Assembly (NCBI GenBank): GCA_964426735.1
Contig: CAYRRP010000002.1
Coordinates: 6,582 to 70,581 of the forward strand
DNA from: an uncultured Candidatus Saccharibacteria bacterium
Lineage (GTDB): Bacteria; Patescibacteriota; Minisyncoccia; Phycocordibacterales; DATDWN01
Length of the DNA: 64,000 nt
Reading direction: 5' to 3'
The position numbers were made by a program, and so were the translations under genes. The notes under the pieces were generated by a model. The model was given only the letters and a program-made list of their open reading frames with translations, was not told the DNA's origin and did not search any database. Each line of letters opens with the position of its first letter. Position 1 is the first letter of the stretch. Positions 27,395 to 36,384 of this stretch are shown one piece after another.

Positions 27395-27527
27395 TTTTTA
27401 CTCCGATTTTTTTTTCAATGTACATTGTCACCGACCTGCTTCGAAAACAGTTCGATAGACATTGCCGTCAAAGACACTATCATGTTTTATTTAATACGTC
27501 AAGTATTTTTTAAACTTTTTTTGTATG

Positions 27528-27566
27528 AAAAAAATAATCCCCGGTCACGTAAGTGACCGGGGATTG
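27528..27566 (-). terminator. terminator atccccggtcac-gtaa-gtgaccggggat + T-run (minus strand)
   Basis: 12-bp stem. Confidence 0.65.
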
Positions 27567-27592
27567 GTTGGGTTTGAAAGAACTGGTTTTTG

Positions 27593-28378
27593 TTACGCGC
27601 CGTTGTGATGACGGCGCCGGAAGAGCGCAATGCCGACAAGGCCTGCGCCCATGAGGACGAGGGTTATCGGTTCAGGGACTCCAGTTTGTTGGTCGGGTGG
27701 ACCTTGCATTACTACAAACGCCTTGTTAGCCGCGTTATTGCCGGACGCCATGTTGCTGGTTCCGTCGAAGAACACGAGTTCCCAAATGGTGCTGGGGACG
27801 AATGCTACCACATCACCGACTCCGTTGGTCGGATCGAGGATGCTGTAGAGCACGTTCGGTACTGACGGGTCACGCCAGTACATATTAAGGAGTCCTTCGA
27901 GGAGGGAAATTCTGACTACCAGTTCAGCGGAGTTTGACCCACTGTTTTGTTGAAACCTAAACCCAGCTGCGCCACCAGCATTGGTACCAAAGTATTGGCT
28001 GTTGGCCGGCGTCCAGTTTGGACTGGTCGAACTGCCCGTGAACCCTCCAGTTCCGTAGGCGTAGCTGGCTAAGTTCATGATTTGTGTACTGTACGGAGAG
28101 TTCCCGTCCAGATACGGCAGACCGTCTTGGTTGGGTGTAAACCCGGGTTGCCAAGATCCTACGGTATTACCTGACCCGATGAGGCCGAAGTTCCCGGTCA
28201 TCAGAATGGTCATGCTTGTGTAGGTGCACGCGTTTGCAATTGCACAGAGCTGAGGTAGAGCTTGAGCTCCAACCAAAAGCGGACTGTTGTTGGTGTACGG
28301 CGCCGCCTGCAGGGAGCAGGTGAGTGCCGTAGTGATAAGAAGAATGGCAAATGCCATCTTCTGGTTTTTGATAAACAT
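27593..28378 (-). CDS. PEP-CTERM sorting-domain secreted protein (paralog); start taken at MFIKNQKMAFAILL
   Basis: C-terminus GVPEPITLVLMGAGLVGIALFRRRHHNGA. GC-rich. Confidence 0.7.
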   Translation of the reverse strand: MFIKNQKMAFAILLITTALTCSLQAAPYTNNSPLLVGAQALPQLCAIANACTYTSMTILMTGNFGLIGSGNTVGSWQPGFTPNQDGLPYLDGNSPYSTQIMNLASYAYGTGGFTGSSTSPNWTPANSQYFGTNAGGAAGFRFQQNSGSNSAELVVRISLLEGLLNMYWRDPSVPNVLYSILDPTNGVGDVVAFVPSTIWELVFFDGTSNMASGNNAANKAFVVMQGPPDQQTGVPEPITLVLMGAGLVGIALFRRRHHNGA

Positions 28379-28529
28379 ACTACATCTCCAACGTCGTTGA
28401 ATTGAGGCGTTCATCGCCTCGTTTTGTCTGCCGGAAACCTTAGCACACCTCTTTGTGTATGTAAATAGACTTATTGACAAAGTTATATATAAATAGTAGT
28501 GTTGTTTTCAATTAATAATAGAGGATTAT

Positions 28530-31500
28530 ATGTACGCACCACACACCATGTCTAAGAAAATTTTTGCTTTTATTGCGCTTTTTAGTGTTTTGTTTTTGAA
28601 TACACAAACACTGATTGCTTTTGCAGATACACCTGCTGATCAGGATACGTACACACACTATGGATCAGTAGTGAAAGATAGTTATGTTGATGAAGATGTA
28701 ACATCAAATCATGACACAGCGAATTATGGTCACCTCTCAAGTATTGATGTAAAATCAGAGACTTCAAAAAATCGTCGAGTGTTGGTGCAATACGATCTTT
28801 CTTTTCTCGCTCCTTCACAAGAAATCGAATCTGCAGAAATGTTTGTGTATATGAGTAATGAGGCGAGTTCAAATTCAAATCGAACATATGGTGTGTCTCA
28901 AATCCTCGCTTCATGGGTTGAAGGGAATGGTGGTACTGATAATAATCCGGTAAATGAAGTGCGATGGGCTAATAAACCAACAGCATCTACAACTCCTACT
29001 TCAACAACTAGTATTACTCCAGGTGTTAAGTGGGTAAGTTTTGATGTGACTGCTGATGTAAAAAATCTTGCGAAAGGTGTTGGTGTAAATGCGGGGTGGA
29101 TGATACAGGATGTGAATGAAAATTCAGGTACTGATTATTTGGCAGAATTTCGTTCAAAAGAATATTCAGGTACTTCTTGTGCACCATCTCCAAGTCCATG
29201 GGGTTGTAAGCCGTATATCAAAGTCGTATATAAACAATACAATGGAGGTATTTTTGGTACAGTATGGAATGATGTAAATCATGATGGTATTAAAGATGAA
29301 GGTGAGCTTCCAAAACAAGGTGAAGTGATTGCTCTTACGGGTCCAATTGCAACAACTACCGTAACTAATACAGATGGTATTTATTATATTCCAACAGGCC
29401 TTCCATCTGGTACATATACAGTATGTCGAGATAGTTCTAATACAACTGTACAAACAGCGCCTGTTTCTGGTGTGGATTGTGCAAATGGAGCATATGGTAC
29501 TTCAGTTTCTGTGGTTGGAGTCGATGGTCTTTCTATAGGTCCTGATTTCGGTGTATTCCAAGGCGGATCAGTAAAAGTGGTGTTGAATACAAATCCAACT
29601 CTTACAGAAGATTCATTTGCATTTAGTCTTATTAAAGATGAAACTACTGTTTCAAGTCATACATTTTTTCCAGGTAATACGGAGTATGTGTTTAATGGGA
29701 TAATTCCCGGAGATTACTCACTTTCTCAAAGTATGTCATCATGGTGGGCACTTGGAGATAGTGTGTGTATGCAAGGTGAAAATTCATACGCATCATCTTC
29801 ATTTCCAATTAGTGCTGGTATTGAAACTGTGTGTACATTCTCAAATGTTAAAAAATCATCTCTTTCGGTAACAAATTATACAGAACCAGTGCAGGGTACC
29901 TATTCATTTACACTTTCTCAACCGTCAGAGTCGGGAGATACTCTTGTGTATGATCCAGTGATTATTGGACATGCTGAATCACACGTATTTACAGGTATTA
30001 CACCAGGTACATACAATCTACTTGAAATTATTGACGGCGGTCCATCGGGTGAAACAGCGGTGTGCTTTATTGGAGATACTATGGTTGATCCAAGAGTTGA
30101 ATCAATCACTATTCCTGCAGGGGTAAGTGTTCAGTGTACGTACAATCACGGAGATTTTGCAGTGATTCAAGGAAGTGTATTTAATGATATGAGTGCAAAC
30201 GCTACACTTGATGAATCTGATAATGCACTCTCTGGATGGATTGTAAAATTATTTAAGATAACAGAGGAGATGGTTACTACCGGTGAAGGTGAGTCTATGG
30301 TTACAAATCCTGTTACTGTGGTTACTGAGGTTGGTTCAAAGATTACAACAGGTGCAGGATATATCTTCGGTCAGCTCAATCCTGGTATATACAAAGTATG
30401 TGAAGAAGTGCAATCAGGTTGGACACAGTCTATGCCAACAACAGGTGAAGATTGTTCAGGTTCATACGGACATTTTATTACGCTTAATTTCGGTGATGTT
30501 GTTACAAAACATTTTGGCAATTTCTCTAAAGGTGAAGTGGCTGGTATTGTGTTTGCTGATACAAACAACAATGGAGTAAAAGATGAAACAGAAGTTGGTC
30601 TTTCTAATACTCCAGTGCATCTCGGCGGTACTACACTATATACAAGTGGAAATGGTGAATATCATTTCACAAACGTAACACCTGGAGAATATACACTTAC
30701 TGTAAGTGCTCCCGCATACTCTTCGTATTCACTACCTGTGTCAGGAAACTACTTAGTGGGTGTGTTGTCAGGAGGGAACTATGTTCATAAAGACTTCGGT
30801 ATCTTTACTGACACAGACACTCCATCTCTTCCTGTACACCAAACCCCTGCTTCTGGTGCTGTCGTTCGTGCTCTTGGACTTATCCTTGATTGGTCAGATT
30901 CAATTGATCCATCTCTTTCAGGTGTGTCATATCACTATCAATCATCAGTTTCATCTGCGACAACAACAGGTAACGCACTTTCAACTCCAATATATGGAAC
31001 AACACTTTCTGCTTCACAGATCGATGCATCAGGTACAAGTGAAGGTATGTATTTCTGGCAGGTGAAAGCATGTGATACTGCGTACAACTGTACTTCATGG
31101 ACAAACCCATGGTCTGTAACTGTTGATACAACTGCTCCAGTTTCTACATTTACATCTCCAAATCCTGATTCAAATATTGAAGACGAACATATTGTAATTG
31201 CAGGATCGACAACTGATGCACATATGGTTGCAAGTACAACTCTTGCGTACGCTCCATATATCCAAGCTACAGAAGAAACAGCAGCATCATGTGGTGCATA
31301 CAACACGATCGTATCTTTGGTAAATGGAGTGGCTTCAACAACATTTAACTGGAGTTATAACTGGACACCTGAAACTGATGGTGTGTATTGTCTCACGGCG
31401 CATGGTCAGGATGAAGCGGGAAATACAGAAGCGAGTCCATTTATTACCAATGTTACCTTTAAGAAAAAAGTTGTAACAACAACAGGTGGTGGTGCTTCAG

Positions 31501-31937
31501 GTGGTTCGACTGAAGGTGGTTCGACCAATACTTCTGGGTCAGCATCAAATGGCCCTATCGTAGGATCATTTGGTGGTGGAACAGGAGGTGGTGCACCAGT
31601 AACACTCGCAGTTGGTGGAAGTCCTGATGGTGCAGTAATACCAACACAAACATCTGGTACAGAACAATCATCATATCAATCTATCGAAGATACATCTCGC
31701 GGATTTTCCGGAAACATATACACAGGAGGATCTACAAATGATGCAGGACTTACCGATGCTCCTCGTGCTTCAACTACACGTATTCAAGAAAATAATGAGG
31801 GAGATAGTGAATCTAACAACAATGTTGCAGCGGTTTCATTTGCAGGAGAGTGGAATAATTGGTATTGGTTGTGGTTACTCCTTCTCATTTGTATCATTCT
31901 TGGTGTATACTACTCTACACGACGCGAAAATAAATAA
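28530..31937 (+). CDS. large cell-surface protein: signal peptide, DNRLRE-like N-terminal domain, multiple SdrD-B/Cna-B-like repeats, Ig-like regions, G/S/T-rich stalk and C-terminal TM anchor
   Basis: 1135 aa. Repeats of the form G.V(W/F)NDxNxxGxKDxxExGL..V.V.L.G....T.T...G.Y.F..L.PG.YTV. C-terminal WYWLWLLLLICIILGVYYSTRRENK. Confidence 0.6.
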   Translation: MYAPHTMSKKIFAFIALFSVLFLNTQTLIAFADTPADQDTYTHYGSVVKDSYVDEDVTSNHDTANYGHLSSIDVKSETSKNRRVLVQYDLSFLAPSQEIESAEMFVYMSNEASSNSNRTYGVSQILASWVEGNGGTDNNPVNEVRWANKPTASTTPTSTTSITPGVKWVSFDVTADVKNLAKGVGVNAGWMIQDVNENSGTDYLAEFRSKEYSGTSCAPSPSPWGCKPYIKVVYKQYNGGIFGTVWNDVNHDGIKDEGELPKQGEVIALTGPIATTTVTNTDGIYYIPTGLPSGTYTVCRDSSNTTVQTAPVSGVDCANGAYGTSVSVVGVDGLSIGPDFGVFQGGSVKVVLNTNPTLTEDSFAFSLIKDETTVSSHTFFPGNTEYVFNGIIPGDYSLSQSMSSWWALGDSVCMQGENSYASSSFPISAGIETVCTFSNVKKSSLSVTNYTEPVQGTYSFTLSQPSESGDTLVYDPVIIGHAESHVFTGITPGTYNLLEIIDGGPSGETAVCFIGDTMVDPRVESITIPAGVSVQCTYNHGDFAVIQGSVFNDMSANATLDESDNALSGWIVKLFKITEEMVTTGEGESMVTNPVTVVTEVGSKITTGAGYIFGQLNPGIYKVCEEVQSGWTQSMPTTGEDCSGSYGHFITLNFGDVVTKHFGNFSKGEVAGIVFADTNNNGVKDETEVGLSNTPVHLGGTTLYTSGNGEYHFTNVTPGEYTLTVSAPAYSSYSLPVSGNYLVGVLSGGNYVHKDFGIFTDTDTPSLPVHQTPASGAVVRALGLILDWSDSIDPSLSGVSYHYQSSVSSATTTGNALSTPIYGTTLSASQIDASGTSEGMYFWQVKACDTAYNCTSWTNPWSVTVDTTAPVSTFTSPNPDSNIEDEHIVIAGSTTDAHMVASTTLAYAPYIQATEETAASCGAYNTIVSLVNGVASTTFNWSYNWTPETDGVYCLTAHGQDEAGNTEASPFITNVTFKKKVVTTTGGGASGGSTEGGSTNTSGSASNGPIVGSFGGGTGGGAPVTLAVGGSPDGAVIPTQTSGTEQSSYQSIEDTSRGFSGNIYTGGSTNDAGLTDAPRASTTRIQENNEGDSESNNNVAAVSFAGEWNNWYWLWLLLLICIILGVYYSTRRENK

Positions 31938-32085
31938 AATCAATCCATCTACTTTGTCGCAGTGCAGATTTTATAGCTCACCGTACAGCCAAGTACGGCT
32001 CGCTCCAAAATCCTTCTGCTTCGCGTATCTGAACCGATTTTACTTATTTACGTGGCTGTTTAGTAGCTAAGTTACATAACACGTA

Positions 32086-32784
32086 ATGAAAAATATTATC
32101 TTAAGTTTAATTGTTATTGCATTGGTTGGATTTGCAGGGTACAAAGTATTTGGTACACCAAAAGAAAGTGTACCTGCTACAGAGAATGCAACAACGACAC
32201 CTGTTGTTACAGAAACAATAGAAAAGGATGTGTACGTCGTTGATACTGCAACCAGTACGATTACATGGAAAGGAGCATTTGTATCAGGAGCAAAATCTCA
32301 TATAGGTACTATTATGCTCAAGTCAGGAAAAGGAAAGTTTGAAAATGCAACAATCACTACAGGTGAATTTGTGATTGATATGGCATCGATTAAAGAAAGT
32401 GAAGGAAATGCTCAACTTGAGACTCATTTGAAATCAGATGATTTCTTTAATGTAGAAAAATTCCCTGAAGCAAAGTTTGAATTACTTTCTTTTACACCAG
32501 CAAAAACAGCAGGTGACTTTACTGCAAAAGGAAAACTCACTATTCGCGATGTAACAAAAGATTTTTCTTTCCCTGTTACAGTTACGGTAGAAGGTCAAAA
32601 TATGCTTCGAGTGAATGGAAAGATTACATTTAATCGCGCTGATTATAATGTAAAATATGGTTCAAGCTCATTCTTTAAAGGATTGGGTGATAAAGTGATT
32701 TCAGATAAAGTTGAACTTACATTGAATCTTCTTACAAAACCAATCGAAATATCAGAACAAGTGCCTCCCAGTAGTGTCCAATAA
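32086..32784 (+). CDS. YceI-like periplasmic/polyisoprenoid-binding family protein
   Basis: N-terminal TM helix and a YceI-like beta-barrel body (...TITWKGAF..., ...FNRADYNVKYG...). Confidence 0.6.
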   Translation: MKNIILSLIVIALVGFAGYKVFGTPKESVPATENATTTPVVTETIEKDVYVVDTATSTITWKGAFVSGAKSHIGTIMLKSGKGKFENATITTGEFVIDMASIKESEGNAQLETHLKSDDFFNVEKFPEAKFELLSFTPAKTAGDFTAKGKLTIRDVTKDFSFPVTVTVEGQNMLRVNGKITFNRADYNVKYGSSSFFKGLGDKVISDKVELTLNLLTKPIEISEQVPPSSVQ

Positions 32785-33268
32785 TACAAACACAAAAAAC
32801 ATCAAAATGGTCACACTTGAAACAAATTACGGAAATATTACATTCGAGTTGTATCGTGCAGATGCACCAAAAACTGTGGAGAATTTCACAACACTTGCAG
32901 GTAAAGGTTTCTACGATGGACTTACGTTTCATCGTGTGATCAAAGGATTTATGATCCAAGGTGGAGATCCAAATGGAAATGGTACCGGAGGTCCAGGATA
33001 CAAGTTTGACGATGAACTCAACCCAAACACTGCATCGTATAAAGCAGGGTATAAGAAAGGGGTTGTAGCGATGGCAAATGCAGGTCCAAACACCAACGGT
33101 AGTCAGTTCTTCATTATGCATGCAGACTACCCACTTCCAAATGCGTATACTATCTTTGGTAAAGTAGTGGAAGGTCAGGATGTGGTAGATAAGATTGCAA
33201 ATGTGAAAACGGGGGCTAATGATAAGCCAGTTTCTCCAGTTGTGATTAAATCAGTAACGTTGAAGTAA
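32774..33268 (+). CDS. ppiB: peptidyl-prolyl cis-trans isomerase, cyclophilin type (start possibly 32807)
   Basis: FHRVIKGFMIQGGDP...GTGGPGYKFDDE...SQFFI. Confidence 0.85.
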   Translation: MSNNTNTKNIKMVTLETNYGNITFELYRADAPKTVENFTTLAGKGFYDGLTFHRVIKGFMIQGGDPNGNGTGGPGYKFDDELNPNTASYKAGYKKGVVAMANAGPNTNGSQFFIMHADYPLPNAYTIFGKVVEGQDVVDKIANVKTGANDKPVSPVVIKSVTLK

Positions 33269-33282
33269 ATAGCAAAAAACTC

Positions 33283-33310
33283 ACACTCCGTGTGAGTTTT
33301 TTGTACGGTT
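33283..33310 (+). terminator. terminator aaaaaactcacac-tccg-tgtgagtttttt
   Basis: Perfect stem followed by T6. Confidence 0.75.
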
Positions 33311-33427
33311 GACTTGTGGGACGATGTGGCGTATCATTATAGGTAATGTAAGTTCTCGTAGTTTTCGTGAGAAAAGGAGAGAGGCTAGTCGCCTTACAGT
33401 TTACAATAAAGACTAGTTAAAAAGAAA

Positions 33428-33742
33428 ATGGCACAGAAGTTGTACGTAGGAGGTATTGCATATGCTACAAGCGATGCAGCATTAAAAGACGCATTTGCTC
33501 AGGCAGGTAATGTAGTATCAGCTACAATTATCATGGACAAAATGACAGGCCGATCAAAAGGTTTCGGTTTCGTAGAAATGGCATCTGATGCGGAAGCACA
33601 GGCAGCGATTGATATGTGGAACGGAAAAGAACTTGACGGACGAAAACTTACTGTAAATGAAGCTCGACCAATGGAACCACGAGCTCCACGAACAGGAGGA
33701 TCATTTGACCGAGGTAATGACCGAGGAGGTCGTTCATGGTAA
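33428..33742 (+). CDS. RRM-type RNA-binding protein
   Basis: RNP-2 LYVGGI and RNP-1 KGFGFVEM. RG-rich tail. Confidence 0.8.
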   Translation: MAQKLYVGGIAYATSDAALKDAFAQAGNVVSATIIMDKMTGRSKGFGFVEMASDAEAQAAIDMWNGKELDGRKLTVNEARPMEPRAPRTGGSFDRGNDRGGRSW

Positions 33743-33882
33743 ATTAAAACTTCAAATCTGACGAACTCCTTTGTTGAGTTTCGGTAAAATAATTGTCATC
33801 GTACATTAGTACGTCTCCAATTATTTTCCTTACTCGCCTCGGATTTCATTCAGATTGTGAAATTTTAAGAATACTTAAAAAC

Positions 33883-33910
33883 AAAAAGCACCCGAAAGGG
33901 TGCTTTTTGT
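33883..33910 (+). terminator. terminator aaaaagcaccc-gaaa-gggtgcttttt
   Basis: Sits about 140 nt after the RRM gene. The intervening region contains a hairpin carrying the GTAC motif. Confidence 0.65.
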
Positions 33911-34008
33911 TGCATTTTTTTATCCACCGAAAAAGCTTCACAAATTTAAAAAAAGGAGTACTATACAAACTTTGCGGGTTTCATTCTTAATCATTAATTT
34001 ACGTTTTC

Positions 34009-35652
34009 ATGCAATCATTTATTTCGCGTATTCTTGTCAAAATAAAACATAATTGGCAGTCAGGTTTAACCGTATCTTTGGTCTCTATTCCACTTTCAGT
34101 GTCCCTTGCGGTGGCATCAAACAGTACGCCAACAGCGGGTATTATTACTGCGGTGTGGGCAGGACTTATGGCATCATTGTTTGGAGGAAGTAATTACAAT
34201 ATTGTAGGTCCAACAGGCGCACTCTCAGGAATTCTTGCAGCGTACGCACTTACTCATGGGGCAGATGCGCTTTCGATGCTTGCTATCGTCTCTGCGGTGT
34301 TTATTTTTGTGTCGTATGTTTTCAAACTTGAGCGATATCTCGTATTTATTCCTGCATCAACTGTGCATGGCTTCACCTTAGGTGTTGCATTCATTATCGG
34401 ACTCAACCAGATGAACTTTGCACTCGGTCTCTCAGGACTTGAGAAGCACTCTGAGTTTATTTCAAATGTACTCGAATCATTTGCTCATATCGGTCAAACA
34501 TCACTTCCTACATTTGGCATTTTTGTACTCTTTTTGGTTGGACTGTTTACTCTTTTGAAGCTTACACCAAAACTTCCTGGGGCGATTACACTTACACCGA
34601 TTGGAATTTTTCTCGGCTATTTATCGACTGTAGGAAAACTTCCCTTTGAATTAAAAACTTTGGGAATGCAGTATGCAGACATTGCTCCGAAGATAGTACA
34701 ACCATTTCATTTTTTCCTGGACTCATCATTGCTCCTTCCTGCACTTACGGTAGCGGTTGTGGCGATTCTTGAAACAATGATTTCTGCAAAAATTGCAGAC
34801 GGTATGACTGGTACAAAGTATCAACCTCGAAAGGAAATGTTTGGTCTTGGTATTGCCAATGCAGTCTCAGGACTTTTCGGAGGTATTCCTGCGACCGCAG
34901 CGCTTGCGCGTACGTCACTTAATGTGAAGACAAAAGCAAATGATAAGATGTCGGCAACTATTTCAAGTATTTGTATTGCACTCATTTCATTTGTATTTTT
35001 GACATACTTTAAATACATTCCACTTGCAGTGATTGCAGCGATTCTCGTCTTTGTTGCGGTGCGTATGGTGGAGATAGTGCATTTTTACCGTATGTTTAGT
35101 TTTGATAAAAAAAGTTTCAGCATTTCAATCTTGGTCGCCATCGTTACTATTTATGAAGATCCGATTGTGGGTATCCTTTTCGGTACCGCAGTTGCACTTC
35201 TTCTGTTTGTGGAGAAGTTATCAAAAGGGCAGTTTGAGCTCATGATCAACAATGCAGAACAGAAGGTGACTGATCATGTGGTTGGGGAAGATATCGATGA
35301 CGAAAATATCTGTAAAGACTGTCATACTCTCGTGTACTCAATCAAAGGTCAGCTTGCGTATGTCAATGCTCAAGCACACATCTCTCGATTTGAAACAAAG
35401 CTGAATGCAGATTTTGAAAATGTTGTCCTTCGTATGCGAGAACTTTTCTTTATCGATCTCGATGGTGTGGATGCATTTGAAGAGATTGTGACATTGATCG
35501 AGTCTCAGGGTAAGCAAGTGCTTTTGACAGGGGTCAATCCATTGATCGAAAAGTCACTCGAAGAAAGTAAGGCATTCCAGCGTATACGAGATACAAAACG
35601 AGTATTTCCGCATACTCGTGAGGCGCTTCAAAAACTTGGGTACACTCTCTAA
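34009..35652 (+). CDS. SulP family anion transporter with C-terminal STAS domain
   Basis: 547 aa, 10-12 TM helices, STAS-like tail. Confidence 0.75.
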   Translation: MQSFISRILVKIKHNWQSGLTVSLVSIPLSVSLAVASNSTPTAGIITAVWAGLMASLFGGSNYNIVGPTGALSGILAAYALTHGADALSMLAIVSAVFIFVSYVFKLERYLVFIPASTVHGFTLGVAFIIGLNQMNFALGLSGLEKHSEFISNVLESFAHIGQTSLPTFGIFVLFLVGLFTLLKLTPKLPGAITLTPIGIFLGYLSTVGKLPFELKTLGMQYADIAPKIVQPFHFFLDSSLLLPALTVAVVAILETMISAKIADGMTGTKYQPRKEMFGLGIANAVSGLFGGIPATAALARTSLNVKTKANDKMSATISSICIALISFVFLTYFKYIPLAVIAAILVFVAVRMVEIVHFYRMFSFDKKSFSISILVAIVTIYEDPIVGILFGTAVALLLFVEKLSKGQFELMINNAEQKVTDHVVGEDIDDENICKDCHTLVYSIKGQLAYVNAQAHISRFETKLNADFENVVLRMRELFFIDLDGVDAFEEIVTLIESQGKQVLLTGVNPLIEKSLEESKAFQRIRDTKRVFPHTREALQKLGYTL

Positions 35653-35656
35653 TTAT

Positions 35657-35688
35657 CAAAACTACTCCATGATGGAGTAGTTTTGATA
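35657..35688 (+). terminator. palindromic terminator caaaactactccat/atggagtagttttg
   Basis: 14-bp perfect palindrome followed by a T-run. Confidence 0.7.
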
Positions 35689-35698
35689 TACTAAGAGG

Positions 35699-36148
35699 AT
35701 GAAAAAAATACTTATTGCTCTATGCTGTGTGATCGTATGTATTGGTGTATTGTATGGTATACGTACATCACATACAGTATCGGTGGTTTCGTATAATACG
35801 AAAGAAGTGATGCTGGGTAATACAGTGTATACTCTTGAGATTGCTGATACTGATTTGTTGCGAGAGAAAGGGCTTTCGTATCGACCATCTCTTGATGCTC
35901 GTACAGGAATGCTTTTTGTGTTTACAGTCCCAAGTAGACTGAAATTTTGGATGAAAGATATGAACTTTCCTTTAGATATTATCTGGCTTGATGCTGATAA
36001 AAAAATAGTACATATTGAGCATTCACTTTCACCGGCGACCTACCCACAGTCCTTTGGTCCAGAAACTCCAACTCAATACGTAATCGAAATCCCTGCGGGG
36101 GATACGATAAAACGAGGACTTGTGATTGGAGATATGATGTCATTTTAA
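35699..36148 (+). CDS. DUF192 domain protein
   Basis: FWMKDMNFPLDIIWLD. Confidence 0.6.
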   Translation: MKKILIALCCVIVCIGVLYGIRTSHTVSVVSYNTKEVMLGNTVYTLEIADTDLLREKGLSYRPSLDARTGMLFVFTVPSRLKFWMKDMNFPLDIIWLDADKKIVHIEHSLSPATYPQSFGPETPTQYVIEIPAGDTIKRGLVIGDMMSF

Positions 36149-36384
36149 ACAAGTGGTCACCAAGTGGGTTAAAAGTCCTTATCTAAGGGCTTTTTTTGGC
36201 GAAAAATTTTACATTGCACAGCTTTTGTATCGCGGTGGGAAATGAAGTGAGTTTTCCACTCTTTTTTCAAGATTTTTTGGAAGGTTTTAAGGTAAAATAA
36301 TTGTCCAACCATATTTTTCACTAAAAAAAGTAAAAAATAAGGTAAAAACATATTAATTATTAAGTTAGTTTAGTAATACTTTCT

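Noticed and set aside
33793-33990. 65-aa ORF between the RRM gene and the SulP gene
   Set aside because: It contains a strong intrinsic terminator (33883-33910) in its middle and has no RBS. The region is more likely non-coding and hosts the GTAC-motif hairpin.
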